Source: Thermoplasmata archaeon
GTDB taxonomy: Archaea > Thermoplasmatota > Thermoplasmata > GCA-020350865
Direction: 5' to 3'
DNA length: 64,000 bases
Assembly (NCBI GenBank): GCA_020348445.1
Contig: CP070751.1
Coordinates: forward strand, 3,912,385 to 3,976,384
The notes below the pieces were generated by a model. It worked only from the letters and a program-made list of their open reading frames with translations, made no database searches and was not told where the DNA came from. Both the position numbers and the translations under genes were made by a program. This document shows positions 9,679 through 20,025 of the stretch, piece by piece. Each line of letters starts with the position of its first letter. Position 1 is the first letter of the stretch.

Positions 9679-10932
9679 TTATTTCCCTGCATTATGAGCT
9701 ATCGATAATAGCTCTTTTGTGGTTGGATGGGGTTCATCATTTGCCAAAGCTTCATATATCATCTTGTGTTGTAGAGCTGAGACCTTTGCTGAGCAGTATT
9801 TCATTGCGTATTTTCTGTTCTCCAACCCTTTTTTTCTGGTCTCATCAATATTGTCGGCTAGATAAATCAATTCATCTGTTGCTTCTTTGATAAGCCTATC
9901 ATCATCCGCCCACTCAAAAACATGTAATCCCTTGCTTTTATCCATTAAATTTCTGTACCAGCCAATGTTTGCGGCCATCATGTAACTTCCCATCATTAAT
10001 GACTCTCTTCCGAACGTTGATAGGCAATCCACAATCTTTTTATGGAAATGGGGAACAACGTCAGCACCTTTGAGAAGCGAGGGCAGCTCATTTAGTTCAT
10101 ACCTCCCCATATAAAAAGCGTTTTTTGGATATTTGTCACATAACCCCCTTAATTCCATTTTTAAAGCCTCTGGTTTTTCGGCGGGATATGTATGAAAATA
10201 TCCCCCCCAAACGAAGGTCACATCCTTTCTTTTAGAAAGAACGTTTTTAGCAATTTTTATGAGGGTGGAATCTCCTTTCATCCTCTCTATTGCACCGCCT
10301 TTAAATACAATCAGGCCGTCTTTATGGATATTTTGTCGATCCCAGGAATATGGAATGACCTTATTGGGGTCAAAAACCTCGGAATCGATGCCAATGAATG
10401 GAAAGATCACCATCCTTTCCTTCAAAGCCTCCTCATTGCCTGGAAAATATCTTTTTGCCCGATCATGCAGTATGGTGCTGTCTAATTCATCTGCTATAAC
10501 CACATCTGGTATATTGAGTATGGACCGTAAATAATATGGATTGGTCCGTCCAAAATCGTCAATTATTCCGAGATGACCTCCGTAATAGGTCAGAACAACC
10601 CTCTTTGGTATATTTAACGATTGAAGCAAGTGGGGGAGCAAAGTAAAGCTCTGGATATGTAAAATCGCATTCTTTTCAATCTCCTGAATCGCTCTGATTG
10701 CCCATAGGTTCCTAAAATGTCTAGTGAGTCTCAAGCCTGGAAAATGAAAGTTCAAATTAGATAGCAATTTATAGTAGGTAAATACCCCTTTCTTTGGCAT
10801 GTTATCGTGTGTTATGTATTCGATATCGAGATCTAATCTTTTTAGGTATTTAACAAGAGGATTGACCGCCGTTACGACCCCCACATTCATCCTACTGTCG
10901 TATTCCCCGAGTTCATAAATCTTTTTAACCAT
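9679..10932 (-). CDS. Divergent GT4-like glycosyltransferase
   Basis: C-terminal GT-B features: GGAIERMKG, LLKGADVV, D-x7-E in place of E-x7-E (DCLSTFGRESLMMG); N-terminal half not recognisable. Confidence 0.6.
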   Translation of the reverse strand: MVKKIYELGEYDSRMNVGVVTAVNPLVKYLKRLDLDIEYITHDNMPKKGVFTYYKLLSNLNFHFPGLRLTRHFRNLWAIRAIQEIEKNAILHIQSFTLLPHLLQSLNIPKRVVLTYYGGHLGIIDDFGRTNPYYLRSILNIPDVVIADELDSTILHDRAKRYFPGNEEALKERMVIFPFIGIDSEVFDPNKVIPYSWDRQNIHKDGLIVFKGGAIERMKGDSTLIKIAKNVLSKRKDVTFVWGGYFHTYPAEKPEALKMELRGLCDKYPKNAFYMGRYELNELPSLLKGADVVPHFHKKIVDCLSTFGRESLMMGSYMMAANIGWYRNLMDKSKGLHVFEWADDDRLIKEATDELIYLADNIDETRKKGLENRKYAMKYCSAKVSALQHKMIYEALANDEPHPTTKELLSIAHNAGK

Positions 10933-10969
10933 TTTAATCCACTACTTTTAGGGTAATGATTTATGTCTC

Positions 10970-11668
10970 TTAATATTCCCTTTCCAAATGATACGATGTA
11001 TGATACCAATAGCATGGATGAAGGAGAGCATATATCCTTTGCTCCTTTGGAATAAGTTCACATAAACATTTACCATCCCCTCCCCAATTCCCCAAACTAT
11101 CAGTTATGTAAAATATGTTCTCAAGAAATTGGTCCATGTATGCCTCGAAGGAAAAACCAAATTCCCTAATATTTCTTTCATTCCAAAATTCACTATTATT
11201 TATCTGTGTGAAATCTCTGTGAGGAGCTATGCCATTAATTTGTGTATCGAATATGAGTTCTAAAAGTTCCTTTTCCTTTACAATCAATATACTCGGATCC
11301 TGTTTTGTGATTTCTGCTAAATCGATATGCTCGTAATGCAATCCCATGTCATGCCCGAAATCCATGATTTTTCTTAATGCATTATATGTTTTAAATCCAA
11401 AAGGATTGTAATTGTCGGCGTTAACTCGGACAAAATATGTGGCTTTCGCGCCGAGTTCGTGCTCAATTTTGGCGAACTCTAGAGCCGATTGAGGCGAGAA
11501 ATCGATGTCATGGCGAATCATGAGTATCTTTTCTGCTCTTTTTCCATTGGCATAATCCTCCATGCTGATGAACTCATATCCATTTTGTTTTGCCAGTGTT
11601 AGTATATCCTTGTAGTGCTTAAAAGTGAAGCCACATAATGATTCAGCGTCAGATGAGTTGTTTTTCAT
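10970..11668 (-). CDS. Polysaccharide deacetylase-like protein (NodB/CE4-like fold)
   Basis: IRHDIDFSP, KATYFV, GHDMGLHYE, LLHPCYW; overlaps the WbqC-like gene by 4 bp (ATGA). Confidence 0.6.
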   Translation of the reverse strand: MKNNSSDAESLCGFTFKHYKDILTLAKQNGYEFISMEDYANGKRAEKILMIRHDIDFSPQSALEFAKIEHELGAKATYFVRVNADNYNPFGFKTYNALRKIMDFGHDMGLHYEHIDLAEITKQDPSILIVKEKELLELIFDTQINGIAPHRDFTQINNSEFWNERNIREFGFSFEAYMDQFLENIFYITDSLGNWGGDGKCLCELIPKEQRIYALLHPCYWYHTSYHLEREY

Positions 11669-12360
11669 ATTTCATCACCTACTATTATTTTCTTACTGTT
11701 GGGTCCTTCATTGAATAATAAATCGACTATTGACAAGTTTGTAATAAACTCGCCAAATTGTTGTTTATATTGAGGGTGATTAAATTCCTGATATCTTAGG
11801 TTTACGGCATTTTCTGCAAATTCTGTATCCTTCATATAGCCCTTACTCCCGATTCCCGAGAGGTAGGTATTTGCTCCCACAGCCTTGCAGATATTTATTA
11901 AAAGCTCTGTACCATCCCCACTAACCTCAAGATCAGAACTTTTTGCAAATTCACATTTTATGCCCAATATCTTCGTTATGTTCTCGATCAAATAGATATT
12001 CAAATCCGCAAGCTGATCCCAATCACGTTCATAGAGCGCCTCAAAAAATTGTGAATATTCCTGGAAAAAAAGGGCATTTTTGTAGTTCAAAAGCATGCTC
12101 TTCCAATGCTTTTTTCTCCAATTAATATGGTTGTCGATTCTTACCTCGTTTATGTTTTGACCAAAGCGATTCTTTGTAAGGACTGGCACGGTGAGGTATA
12201 ATTCTCCATTTGCAGTTTTTATTCTGTTCTTATTGACCAATTGGCCCTTTGGATATTGAACACTATCTAAGAACACGAATAGGTCAGAGTGATAAATCTT
12301 ATGAAAATATCCTAGCCAAGGAATATAATTGGGCTGATGAATTGCTATAACTTTATTCAC
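11665..12360 (-). CDS. WbqC-like family protein
   Basis: AIHQPNYIPWLGYFHKI, FVFLDSVQY, YLSGIGSKGYM, YKQQFGEFITNLSIVDLLFNEG signature; GTG start. Confidence 0.92.
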   Translation of the reverse strand: MNKVIAIHQPNYIPWLGYFHKIYHSDLFVFLDSVQYPKGQLVNKNRIKTANGELYLTVPVLTKNRFGQNINEVRIDNHINWRKKHWKSMLLNYKNALFFQEYSQFFEALYERDWDQLADLNIYLIENITKILGIKCEFAKSSDLEVSGDGTELLINICKAVGANTYLSGIGSKGYMKDTEFAENAVNLRYQEFNHPQYKQQFGEFITNLSIVDLLFNEGPNSKKIIVGDEI

Positions 12361-13810
12361 TTAGCTCCTCCTTTATGATTTGCTCGATTTCGACATTTCT
12401 TCGCTCAACAGCTTTTTTGATTATATTTTTTACCATGCTTTTTGTCAAATAGTGATCCAATAATCTGGTTTTCCATCTTGCATAAGCTGTGAATTCAAAT
12501 GGCAATATCCTCAATCTATTAACACCAGGAAAATTCCTTTTTATATTGTCCTTTCTAAATGTCAAGCCCGCTATATAGTACAAATTCTCTATTTTTGGAT
12601 TCAATGCATGGCTTAGTGAAAATTTGCTCCAGTCCTGCATATTCTTTGGTGGATCAAATCCCTCTTCAATTGCCATTTTATACATGGGAGTTTCCGGATA
12701 GGGCGTATATACAAAGAAACTTGCTCTGGCTTTATCATCGACTTTTTTAATCCAATCAGCAAGATCCATGCTCATTTTAAGTTCTGCTTTTGTCTCTGTG
12801 GGTAATCCAGCCATGAACGAATACATGGGACTGATATCTGATTTCGCGATGATTTTTACGGACTTTTTAATTGTTTCCACTCCTTCAGCATAATCTTTAC
12901 AGATAACGTCATTCAGTACTCGTGGGGAACCACTTTCAACTCCCACTTCAAAGCTTTTGCACCCCCCCCATTCCATGGTCTTAATAATCTCCTTTGATAC
13001 GCAGTCACAGCTTATCCCGGTATGCCATTCTATTGCACGTTCCCTTAACACTCTTGAAAGCCCCTGGATACGTTTGATTTTTTTACCTATATTTTCATCA
13101 CCTAAACTGGCAGTGTTAAAGGACAGTTCACTGAGATACATATTCAATTCTTTCTCGAATTTGTCTATGGGCATGGGTCTCCATTTGCGTTTATGAAAGG
13201 CCTGGACGTAGCAGAATCCGCATCTCCTCCAACATCCCCTCGAGGATAATATCACCATGGAACCACCTTTTACGGCGATTCGAAAGTATCTTTTTGTTTT
13301 ATCGTTTAGAGGGAATATCCATCTGTCCGGTTTAATTGGAGGTCTTGGCTGATTTATTATGATATCTCCGTTTTTTTTCCAGGCCAGGCCATTTATAGTT
13401 TGAAAATCGTTTCTATGATTTTTTAAGTAATTCATCAATTCGCAGGCTGTCTCCTCACCTTCTCCTACCACAACATAATCCACAAACCTTTCCTGTAAGC
13501 ATTGCCTGGGCAGTAAAGATGGGTGAACTCCGCCAAGGATGGTTTTTATATCAGCATTGTGATTTTTAACCTTTTTTAAGACCTCGATCGCTCCCTCTAG
13601 TTGATAACCGGTCATAGAAGACACGCCAACGCAAAGAGGATTCTTAGTAAGCGCTTGTGACAAACGGCTTTTGGGATCGAAACGAAGGTCAATGTACTCG
13701 ACATCATAACCTGCCCTTTCCAAAGAAGCTCCCACATAGAAAATACTGAAAGCTGGATATATGGAGGGACTATCCTGCGTAGGTTCCGGATATACAAGTA
13801 AACAATCCAT
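12353..13810 (-). CDS. Cobalamin-binding (class B) radical SAM protein
   Basis: B12-binding N-terminus (CVGVSSMTGYQ, LGGVHPS, VVVGEGEET); SRGCWRRCGFC CxxxCxxC; VGVESGSPRVL; overlaps the WbqC-like gene by 8 bp. Confidence 0.9.
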   Translation of the reverse strand: MDCLLVYPEPTQDSPSIYPAFSIFYVGASLERAGYDVEYIDLRFDPKSRLSQALTKNPLCVGVSSMTGYQLEGAIEVLKKVKNHNADIKTILGGVHPSLLPRQCLQERFVDYVVVGEGEETACELMNYLKNHRNDFQTINGLAWKKNGDIIINQPRPPIKPDRWIFPLNDKTKRYFRIAVKGGSMVILSSRGCWRRCGFCYVQAFHKRKWRPMPIDKFEKELNMYLSELSFNTASLGDENIGKKIKRIQGLSRVLRERAIEWHTGISCDCVSKEIIKTMEWGGCKSFEVGVESGSPRVLNDVICKDYAEGVETIKKSVKIIAKSDISPMYSFMAGLPTETKAELKMSMDLADWIKKVDDKARASFFVYTPYPETPMYKMAIEEGFDPPKNMQDWSKFSLSHALNPKIENLYYIAGLTFRKDNIKRNFPGVNRLRILPFEFTAYARWKTRLLDHYLTKSMVKNIIKKAVERRNVEIEQIIKEELSE

Positions 13811-13952
13811 ATTATCTCCTTTTTACAGAGGGGACTTTTAATAACATTGCATACGGCCCTGAGGTTTGTTTTACATATTAATTTTTATCAAATTCTGATG
13901 AATATGAATTATCATCCATGCAAATATTGCCATAATTTTATATGAACTTCTT

Positions 13953-13985
13953 ATACGCAATCCCCTTTTTTCTAATAAAAGTTAC
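13953..13985 (-). promoter_or_regulatory. Duplicated putative promoter segment, copy 1
   Basis: ATACGCAATCCCCTTTTTTCTAATAAAAGTTAC nearly identical to 16929-16961; contains TTTTATTA on the minus strand, upstream of the minus-strand radical SAM operon. Confidence 0.5.
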
Positions 13986-14164
13986 CCCTTAGTTATCTTG
14001 ATACAAAAGTAGTGACTTTTTTCGATATGTCGGTTAAACATTTGGCAATAGATATTAATATTTTCTGCAATAATCTTAATACGGCATTTTTTTCTCGATG
14101 GTTCCTATAGTAATTTATTTAAGTTGTTTTCGCATTTTACTCGATATTCATAGTGAAATAGAAT

Positions 14165-14998
14165 ATGGTCGATTTTATGGGTAAATCCGATATTTTGATA
14201 TTTGCCCCTCATCCCGATGATGAGGCATTGGGCTGTGCAGGTCTGATATATTCCTCAATTAAGAAAAATAAGAAGGTTAAGGTCGTAGTGGTGGCAAACG
14301 GTGAATCCAGTGTCGACGGAACTGAAAGGTATTACGGCCATAAACCAGAAACCCAGGATTTCATTAATATTGGGTATGTAAGACAAAAAGAATCTGTCTC
14401 AGCAATGAAAGTTCTGGGCCTTTCTTCTGAAGATGTGATATTTTTAGGATACCCAAACGATGGTCTTATGGAAATGCTCTCCTCTGATAAATACGACAAA
14501 GAATCACCCTATAAATCCGAATTTACGCATTTTGATCGGGTTTCATACGAAAATTCTTATAGCATGGGTGCACCATTCTGCAAAGAGAGTTTCTATTCTG
14601 ACATCAAAAGCATTTTCAATGAGTGTAGACCCAGGGAAGTTTATGTAACACATCCACTAGACAGCCATTTTGACCATCAGGCATGCGGCAGATACATTAG
14701 CTCTTATGTAAAACAACTTGATAATTCGATACGCGTCCTTTGCTATGTCATCTCCCCATCGAAAATTCCGTCCCCCAAACAAAGCCTTGTGTACAAATTA
14801 GCTGGGCAAATGACAGAAAGACATCTTGATAAAACCGCAAAAGAAATGAAAAAAAGATTTATGGACGAATACAAATCTCAGAGTTATTTATTTGATCAAG
14901 TGGCATTTCATTTTAACGTTGAAAGATATTGGAAGCTTAAGCGCGGTGTAAGGGCAAAAATCGCGAAAAAAATATTTCCAAATTTAAGATTCTTATAA
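14165..14998 (+). CDS. PIG-L/LmbE family deacetylase
   Basis: FAPHPDDEALGC, VANGE, RQKES, FLGYPND, HPLDSHFDH zinc-ligand motifs. Confidence 0.9.
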   Translation: MVDFMGKSDILIFAPHPDDEALGCAGLIYSSIKKNKKVKVVVVANGESSVDGTERYYGHKPETQDFINIGYVRQKESVSAMKVLGLSSEDVIFLGYPNDGLMEMLSSDKYDKESPYKSEFTHFDRVSYENSYSMGAPFCKESFYSDIKSIFNECRPREVYVTHPLDSHFDHQACGRYISSYVKQLDNSIRVLCYVISPSKIPSPKQSLVYKLAGQMTERHLDKTAKEMKKRFMDEYKSQSYLFDQVAFHFNVERYWKLKRGVRAKIAKKIFPNLRFL

Positions 14999-15003
14999 TA
15001 TAA

Positions 15004-16158
15004 TCATTTGGTCGATTTTCTTTCGAACTGCTTGATCGCTTTTTTTAGAACCTTTTCATATTCCATTGCTTTCTTTTCCCATGTAAAATCCTTGGCCCAT
15101 TTTATTCCTTTTTCAGATAATTGGTTTCTTTTTTCAGAATCAGTAAGCAGCCTTCCCAAAGTATCGACCCATAAGTCTATATCTTCAGGTGGAAGAAGAA
15201 CAGCATTTTCTCCTGTTGACTCCCTTAATCCAGGGATATCAGAAGCAACGACTGGCAATCCACAGGCCATGGCCTCGATTGAAACCAAAGGAAATACCTC
15301 GCTTTTTGTTGGAAACATTAAAAGCGTGGCAGAACGATAGTATTTGAACACATCATTGTAAGGAAGAGAACCTGTGAGCTGGATCTTATCTTCAAGTTTA
15401 TACATATTTATCTTCTCTTTTAATTCTCCCAAGATATCGCCCTCTCCCACAATGGTCAATCTCAGGTTGGGAAACTGTTTTACCAATCTTCTAAATATCT
15501 CGATCAATTCAAAAACCCCTTTTGTCCTCTGCAATCTTCCCACAAAAAGTAAAGAAAGCTGTTCACCCTCTTTTTTCGCTTTTATATTTTCAATATCAGG
15601 GAGGATATGGGAGGGTATACCAGGAGTGACAACATCTTCGATAGTAAAACCATGGGCATTGGAGATAAGGGACTGTGTATTTCGACTTACTGCGGCATAC
15701 AGTGTGGATTTGTCTGCATTAAAATATTCCTTTGAGTACGGGCCTCCGAGAATGTGAAAGACTGATGGGACACCAAGCTTAAATGCCAGGTTTGAGAACA
15801 ATCTGCTGTCCACCCAGTAATGTGTGGATATAACATCCATGTCTTTGATTCTTCTCTTTATTTTAGGTCTTAAAAGTAAATTATAATAGAAACTGTATGC
15901 CTCTGTTCTATAAGGTGTTAAGCGACGCACGAGTTTGGATGCAAGTCTATTCATAGGTGTGAACCTAAGCCAAAAGGGCACAGTTACAACCTCATACGGG
16001 CCATCCATAAGCACCTTAAGCGTGGATTTGTGCCGAGTTCTTCCCGTGAATATCGTAACTTCATGTTTTTTGCCTAAATATCTAGCAAATTGATGGACTA
16101 TGGTTTCCGTGCCCCCTGTGATGGTGCCTGCTGAAGGACTTATGAAGCATATTTTCAT
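15004..16158 (-). CDS. Glycosyltransferase family 4 (paralog of 16991-18136)
   Basis: GGTET, FVGRLQRTKG, EVFPLVSIEAMACGLPVVASDIPG. Confidence 0.92.
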   Translation of the reverse strand: MKICFISPSAGTITGGTETIVHQFARYLGKKHEVTIFTGRTRHKSTLKVLMDGPYEVVTVPFWLRFTPMNRLASKLVRRLTPYRTEAYSFYYNLLLRPKIKRRIKDMDVISTHYWVDSRLFSNLAFKLGVPSVFHILGGPYSKEYFNADKSTLYAAVSRNTQSLISNAHGFTIEDVVTPGIPSHILPDIENIKAKKEGEQLSLLFVGRLQRTKGVFELIEIFRRLVKQFPNLRLTIVGEGDILGELKEKINMYKLEDKIQLTGSLPYNDVFKYYRSATLLMFPTKSEVFPLVSIEAMACGLPVVASDIPGLRESTGENAVLLPPEDIDLWVDTLGRLLTDSEKRNQLSEKGIKWAKDFTWEKKAMEYEKVLKKAIKQFERKSTK

Positions 16159-16230
16159 ATCAAATTCTCCAAGTCCACCGTAGAAATCACGCTCCCTTCA
16201 CTTAATTAAATAATTGTAACTATCATTTCT

Positions 16231-16890
16231 TTAGTTGATCTTCTCCTTTATTCCATATACGAAGAATTTATCCCATTCATGTAAAGGTAGTTCTGTTCCA
16301 TCAGCTGTGGAGAAAGCTGACATTTTAATGATTTTAATGCCTAGCGATTCAAGGAATTTACTGATCTCTTTGGGTACATAGCTTCTCGTATTAAGGCGAG
16401 CTTCACTATCTGTGAGATATTCATATTCATAATGTCCTTTATAATTTCTGTCGATAGTTGTAAAAAATAACTGGCCGCCTTGATCTAATATGCGAACCAT
16501 TTCGCTTAAGGCATCTTCCCATGAACCATCAAAATTTTGCAATACAGCAATCGAGATAATACAATCCATACTGTTGCTTTTGAATGGGAGCCTTATGATG
16601 TCACCCAAAAAGAACTCAGCAGGAAGATTTTTTTGTCTTGCAACTTTCACCATGTTTGGTGATGGGTCAATCCCGAACATATTAATATTACCGTAATTCT
16701 CGCTTAAGAACTCTTCAAAATTACCTACTCCACACCCAACATCAACCATGCTCATATTTTCTTTGATCTCGATATTTGAAAGGCAAATATTATATCTATA
16801 TGACATGCTCTTTTTGGATGAATATCCCACTTTTTCGTGATCATTATTAAAAGATTTGGCTCTTTCATCAAACCATTTAGTCCATTGCAT
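16231..16890 (-). CDS. Class I SAM-dependent methyltransferase
   Basis: MVDVGCGVG, GIDPSPNMV, LPFKSNSMDCIIS, RILDQGG; ATG at 16890 with GGTGA RBS (track start 16941). Confidence 0.88.
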   Translation of the reverse strand: MQWTKWFDERAKSFNNDHEKVGYSSKKSMSYRYNICLSNIEIKENMSMVDVGCGVGNFEEFLSENYGNINMFGIDPSPNMVKVARQKNLPAEFFLGDIIRLPFKSNSMDCIISIAVLQNFDGSWEDALSEMVRILDQGGQLFFTTIDRNYKGHYEYEYLTDSEARLNTRSYVPKEISKFLESLGIKIIKMSAFSTADGTELPLHEWDKFFVYGIKEKIN

Positions 16891-16928
16891 TTTTTCACCA
16901 TCTTGCATATTATAGCATAAAGAACTAC

Positions 16929-16961
16929 ATACGCAATTCACTTTTTTCTAATAAAAGTTAC
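16929..16961 (-). promoter_or_regulatory. Duplicated putative promoter segment, copy 2
   Basis: ATACGCAATTCACTTTTTTCTAATAAAAGTTAC, matching 13953-13985; TATA-like TTTTATTA about 60 bp upstream of the methyltransferase ATG. Confidence 0.5.
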
Positions 16962-16990
16962 TACTTTATTTTTCTAATTGAGATAAAAAC

Positions 16991-18136
16991 TCATTTGCCA
17001 GGGCCTTTTTTGAAGATATCTATAGCCTTTTGCAGTGCTTTTTCATACTCCTCTGCCTTCTTTTCCCAGGTAAAATCCCTTGCCCATTTTATTCCATTTG
17101 CGGACAGATTGCTTCTCTGTTTTTCATCTTTAAGTAGTTTACCTATGGTATCAATCCATAAATCTACATTCTCAGGTGGAAGGAGGACAGCATTTCCTCC
17201 TGTTGAGTCTTTTAAACCGGGAATATCTGAGGCCACGACTGGTAATCCACAAGCCATTGCTTCCAGGGGTACAATACCGAAAGTCTCGCTTTTGGATGGG
17301 AAAATGAACAACGTAGAATCAAAATAATATTCAAATATTTTATCATATGGAACCTGGCCTGTGAAAATTATTTTTTTATGCAATCCGCGCGATTTCGCCA
17401 ATTCTTTGAGTTTTCCCATGATGTCTCCATCGCCCACGATCGTTAAACTTAAATTCGAACTTGTCTCGGATAATTTGGAAAATATATCGATTAATTCAAT
17501 TAATCCCTTTGTTTCCTGTAGTCTTCCCACAAATAGTAACCTTTTTTCTTGTTCACCCCTCTCTTTTTGCTGATGGGAAAACAACCATGAGGGGATACCA
17601 GGAGTGACCACATCTTCTATTTTGAAATCATGGGCATCATTTATGATTTTCTGAGTGTATCCACTTGTTGCTACATATAAGGTAGATCTATCAACATTTA
17701 AGAGAGCTTTCGGATAAGGGCCTCCAAGAATGTGAAAAACAGACGGCACATCGAGCTTGAATGCGAGATTGGAGAACAACCTGCTGTCCAACCAATAATG
17801 GGTGGATATAACGTCCATATCCTTGATCCTCTTTTTTATTTTCGATCTCAGAAATACATTGTAATAGAAGCTAAATGATTCGGATTTATAGGGTGTTAGG
17901 CGGCGAGAAAGCTTGGTTGCAAAATTATTCATGGGCGTGAACCTAGGCCAAAATGGAACAGTTAAAACCTCGTATGAACCTTTTTTAAGGTTGTTCTGCA
18001 TGGTTTTATGCCGGCTTCTTCCAGTTAAAACCGTTACCTCATTTTTCTTACTCAATTGCTCTGCAAATTGATGGACTATGGTTTCCGTCCCTCCTGTGAT
18101 GGTTCCAACAGATGGGCTTACAAAGCATATCTTCAT
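16991..18136 (-). CDS. Glycosyltransferase family 4 (paralog of 15004-16158)
   Basis: MKICFVSPSVGTITGGTETIVHQFA, FVGRLQETKG, ETFGIVPLEAMACGLPVVASDIPG; 4-bp overlap with the flippase gene. Confidence 0.92.
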   Translation of the reverse strand: MKICFVSPSVGTITGGTETIVHQFAEQLSKKNEVTVLTGRSRHKTMQNNLKKGSYEVLTVPFWPRFTPMNNFATKLSRRLTPYKSESFSFYYNVFLRSKIKKRIKDMDVISTHYWLDSRLFSNLAFKLDVPSVFHILGGPYPKALLNVDRSTLYVATSGYTQKIINDAHDFKIEDVVTPGIPSWLFSHQQKERGEQEKRLLFVGRLQETKGLIELIDIFSKLSETSSNLSLTIVGDGDIMGKLKELAKSRGLHKKIIFTGQVPYDKIFEYYFDSTLFIFPSKSETFGIVPLEAMACGLPVVASDIPGLKDSTGGNAVLLPPENVDLWIDTIGKLLKDEKQRSNLSANGIKWARDFTWEKKAEEYEKALQKAIDIFKKGPGK

Positions 18137-19782
18137 TTTTTATCCTCCGAATCCATCTGTGAATTACCATTGTTTTTTCCCCAAAATTTCAATCGTGCTT
18201 TTATCCTGTTGAATATATGCTTTATCTCACCTTTTTCTTTGGTATCAAGGCCCTTGAAATAGAACAGTAGAAGATATAAACAACATCCAAATCCAAAATA
18301 CAGGACAATTTCCACTGAATCCTTTATAAGACCGAATAGTGTGGTGTGGGTTCCAATTATATATGGGGGGCGCAGTAATATCGCCCCGTACATTGCCAAC
18401 GATACTATCCCTGCAAAGGGAAATGTCTTGGCAAATACCTGTTTTGCATAGTCCCCCCATTTAATATCAAGAACTTTAAAAACATGCGCAAGGAACAGAA
18501 CCTCCAAGAGTACAAATGGGATGGTGGTTCCCAAAGCTACACCAGTAAGACCATAACCTTGCTGCACAAGAAAGACGCTGAGACATAGGTTCAAAAGAGC
18601 CACAATACCATAATATCTCACGAACTTTTTTATCCTGTTCATGCCGATAAGTATCTGGGTGGCAACGTAATTGTTAAAATCGAAAAAAATGGAAATCATC
18701 AAAATCTGAACAATTATGTAATATTGACCGTACTCGTCTCCCATCCATATCGTTAACATTCCCTCAGAGAGAAAAAACAATGGTACACCCAAAGCGAGAC
18801 TCAGAGCAAGTACGTATTTAGTTCCTCTTAAAAACAGCCTTCTTAGAGCTGGGAGGTTGTCCGTTGCCTCCAACTCCGATGCTGCGGGAATTACGGCGTA
18901 TAATCCTATTTCCGGTATTCTGGTTGGTATACCATAAAGTTTCCATGCTGCCTGATAAAATGTTAATAAGGTTACATCCACCAGTAATCCAATCACCAAC
19001 CTATCCGTGTAATATATAACCATTATAAAGACAGAGAGAAGAAATACGCTCATACTGAGATCCATTAGAACCTTGATCATATCACGTTTCACATATGAAA
19101 ATTTGATGGTAACATGGGGTAATAATTTTTGAACAAACCAGGCAGTTAGAATAAATCCAATCAACCCAACACAGGAGGTATAAAATACCAACTCAACCAC
19201 ACCCATTCCCATAGACAGCACAAGAACAACAACGACAACGTTTACAATGGACATAATGAAAGTTATCATTGCTAAAATATCATATCTCTGAAGACCCGCT
19301 AAAATACCCTTAAGCGATGCAAGGGATAGGCTGAACATGAAGATTGCACCTAGGATATAGATTATGGCTCTTGCCTTGGGGTAAAAATCAGGTGCATCTA
19401 ACGCAGGAAATGTTCCAGATAGGAATTCCAATAAAAAAGTACCAATTAAAAAAATAATCAATGCACTTGCGATGCCAATAAAAAGGAATATAAAAAACGA
19501 GGTGTTGATAACCTCATTAAGCTTTTCTTTATCATCCTCGGCATGATATTGAGCCACGAATTTTACAAGTGAGTTGCCTATTCCCAGGTCTAAAATCCCG
19601 AAATAACCTGTTATCGCCGTGATAAATAAATATATCCCATATTCTGTCTCCCCAATATTCCCTACAATATACCAAAACAAAACAAATGTTAGGGCAAAAC
19701 CCCAGAAGCGAATTGCGTAATTCACGATGGTATTTCTAATCAACTTACTTTTAACGCTCAAGTTTTTAACCCCGCAATTCAC
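18133..19782 (-). CDS. Oligosaccharide flippase (Wzx/MOP superfamily polysaccharide exporter)
   Basis: About 13-14 hydrophobic helices; YGIY..ILDLGIGNSLVKFVAQY and YYTDRLVIG patterns; inside the glycan locus; start may be TTG at 19761. Confidence 0.85.
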   Translation of the reverse strand: MNCGVKNLSVKSKLIRNTIVNYAIRFWGFALTFVLFWYIVGNIGETEYGIYLFITAITGYFGILDLGIGNSLVKFVAQYHAEDDKEKLNEVINTSFFIFLFIGIASALIIFLIGTFLLEFLSGTFPALDAPDFYPKARAIIYILGAIFMFSLSLASLKGILAGLQRYDILAMITFIMSIVNVVVVVLVLSMGMGVVELVFYTSCVGLIGFILTAWFVQKLLPHVTIKFSYVKRDMIKVLMDLSMSVFLLSVFIMVIYYTDRLVIGLLVDVTLLTFYQAAWKLYGIPTRIPEIGLYAVIPAASELEATDNLPALRRLFLRGTKYVLALSLALGVPLFFLSEGMLTIWMGDEYGQYYIIVQILMISIFFDFNNYVATQILIGMNRIKKFVRYYGIVALLNLCLSVFLVQQGYGLTGVALGTTIPFVLLEVLFLAHVFKVLDIKWGDYAKQVFAKTFPFAGIVSLAMYGAILLRPPYIIGTHTTLFGLIKDSVEIVLYFGFGCCLYLLLFYFKGLDTKEKGEIKHIFNRIKARLKFWGKNNGNSQMDSEDKK

Positions 19783-20025
19783 ACATCAGGTTAATAACCT
19801 CATATTATTAGCAGATTACAGGATATTCTGGTACCTTATCAATGTTTTGAGGTAGAGAACGATTATTTATACCATATAAAACAGTTATTTTCCTATGATT
19901 AATAGGGGAAAGGTCCAAAATGTGAATTTAAAGATACCTCCTATGGAAAACTTTACTTTCCAAGTAAGACATATCCCTTTGAATTTATATTTATTACAAT
20001 AAAACATCGGGATTTGGTGAATAAT

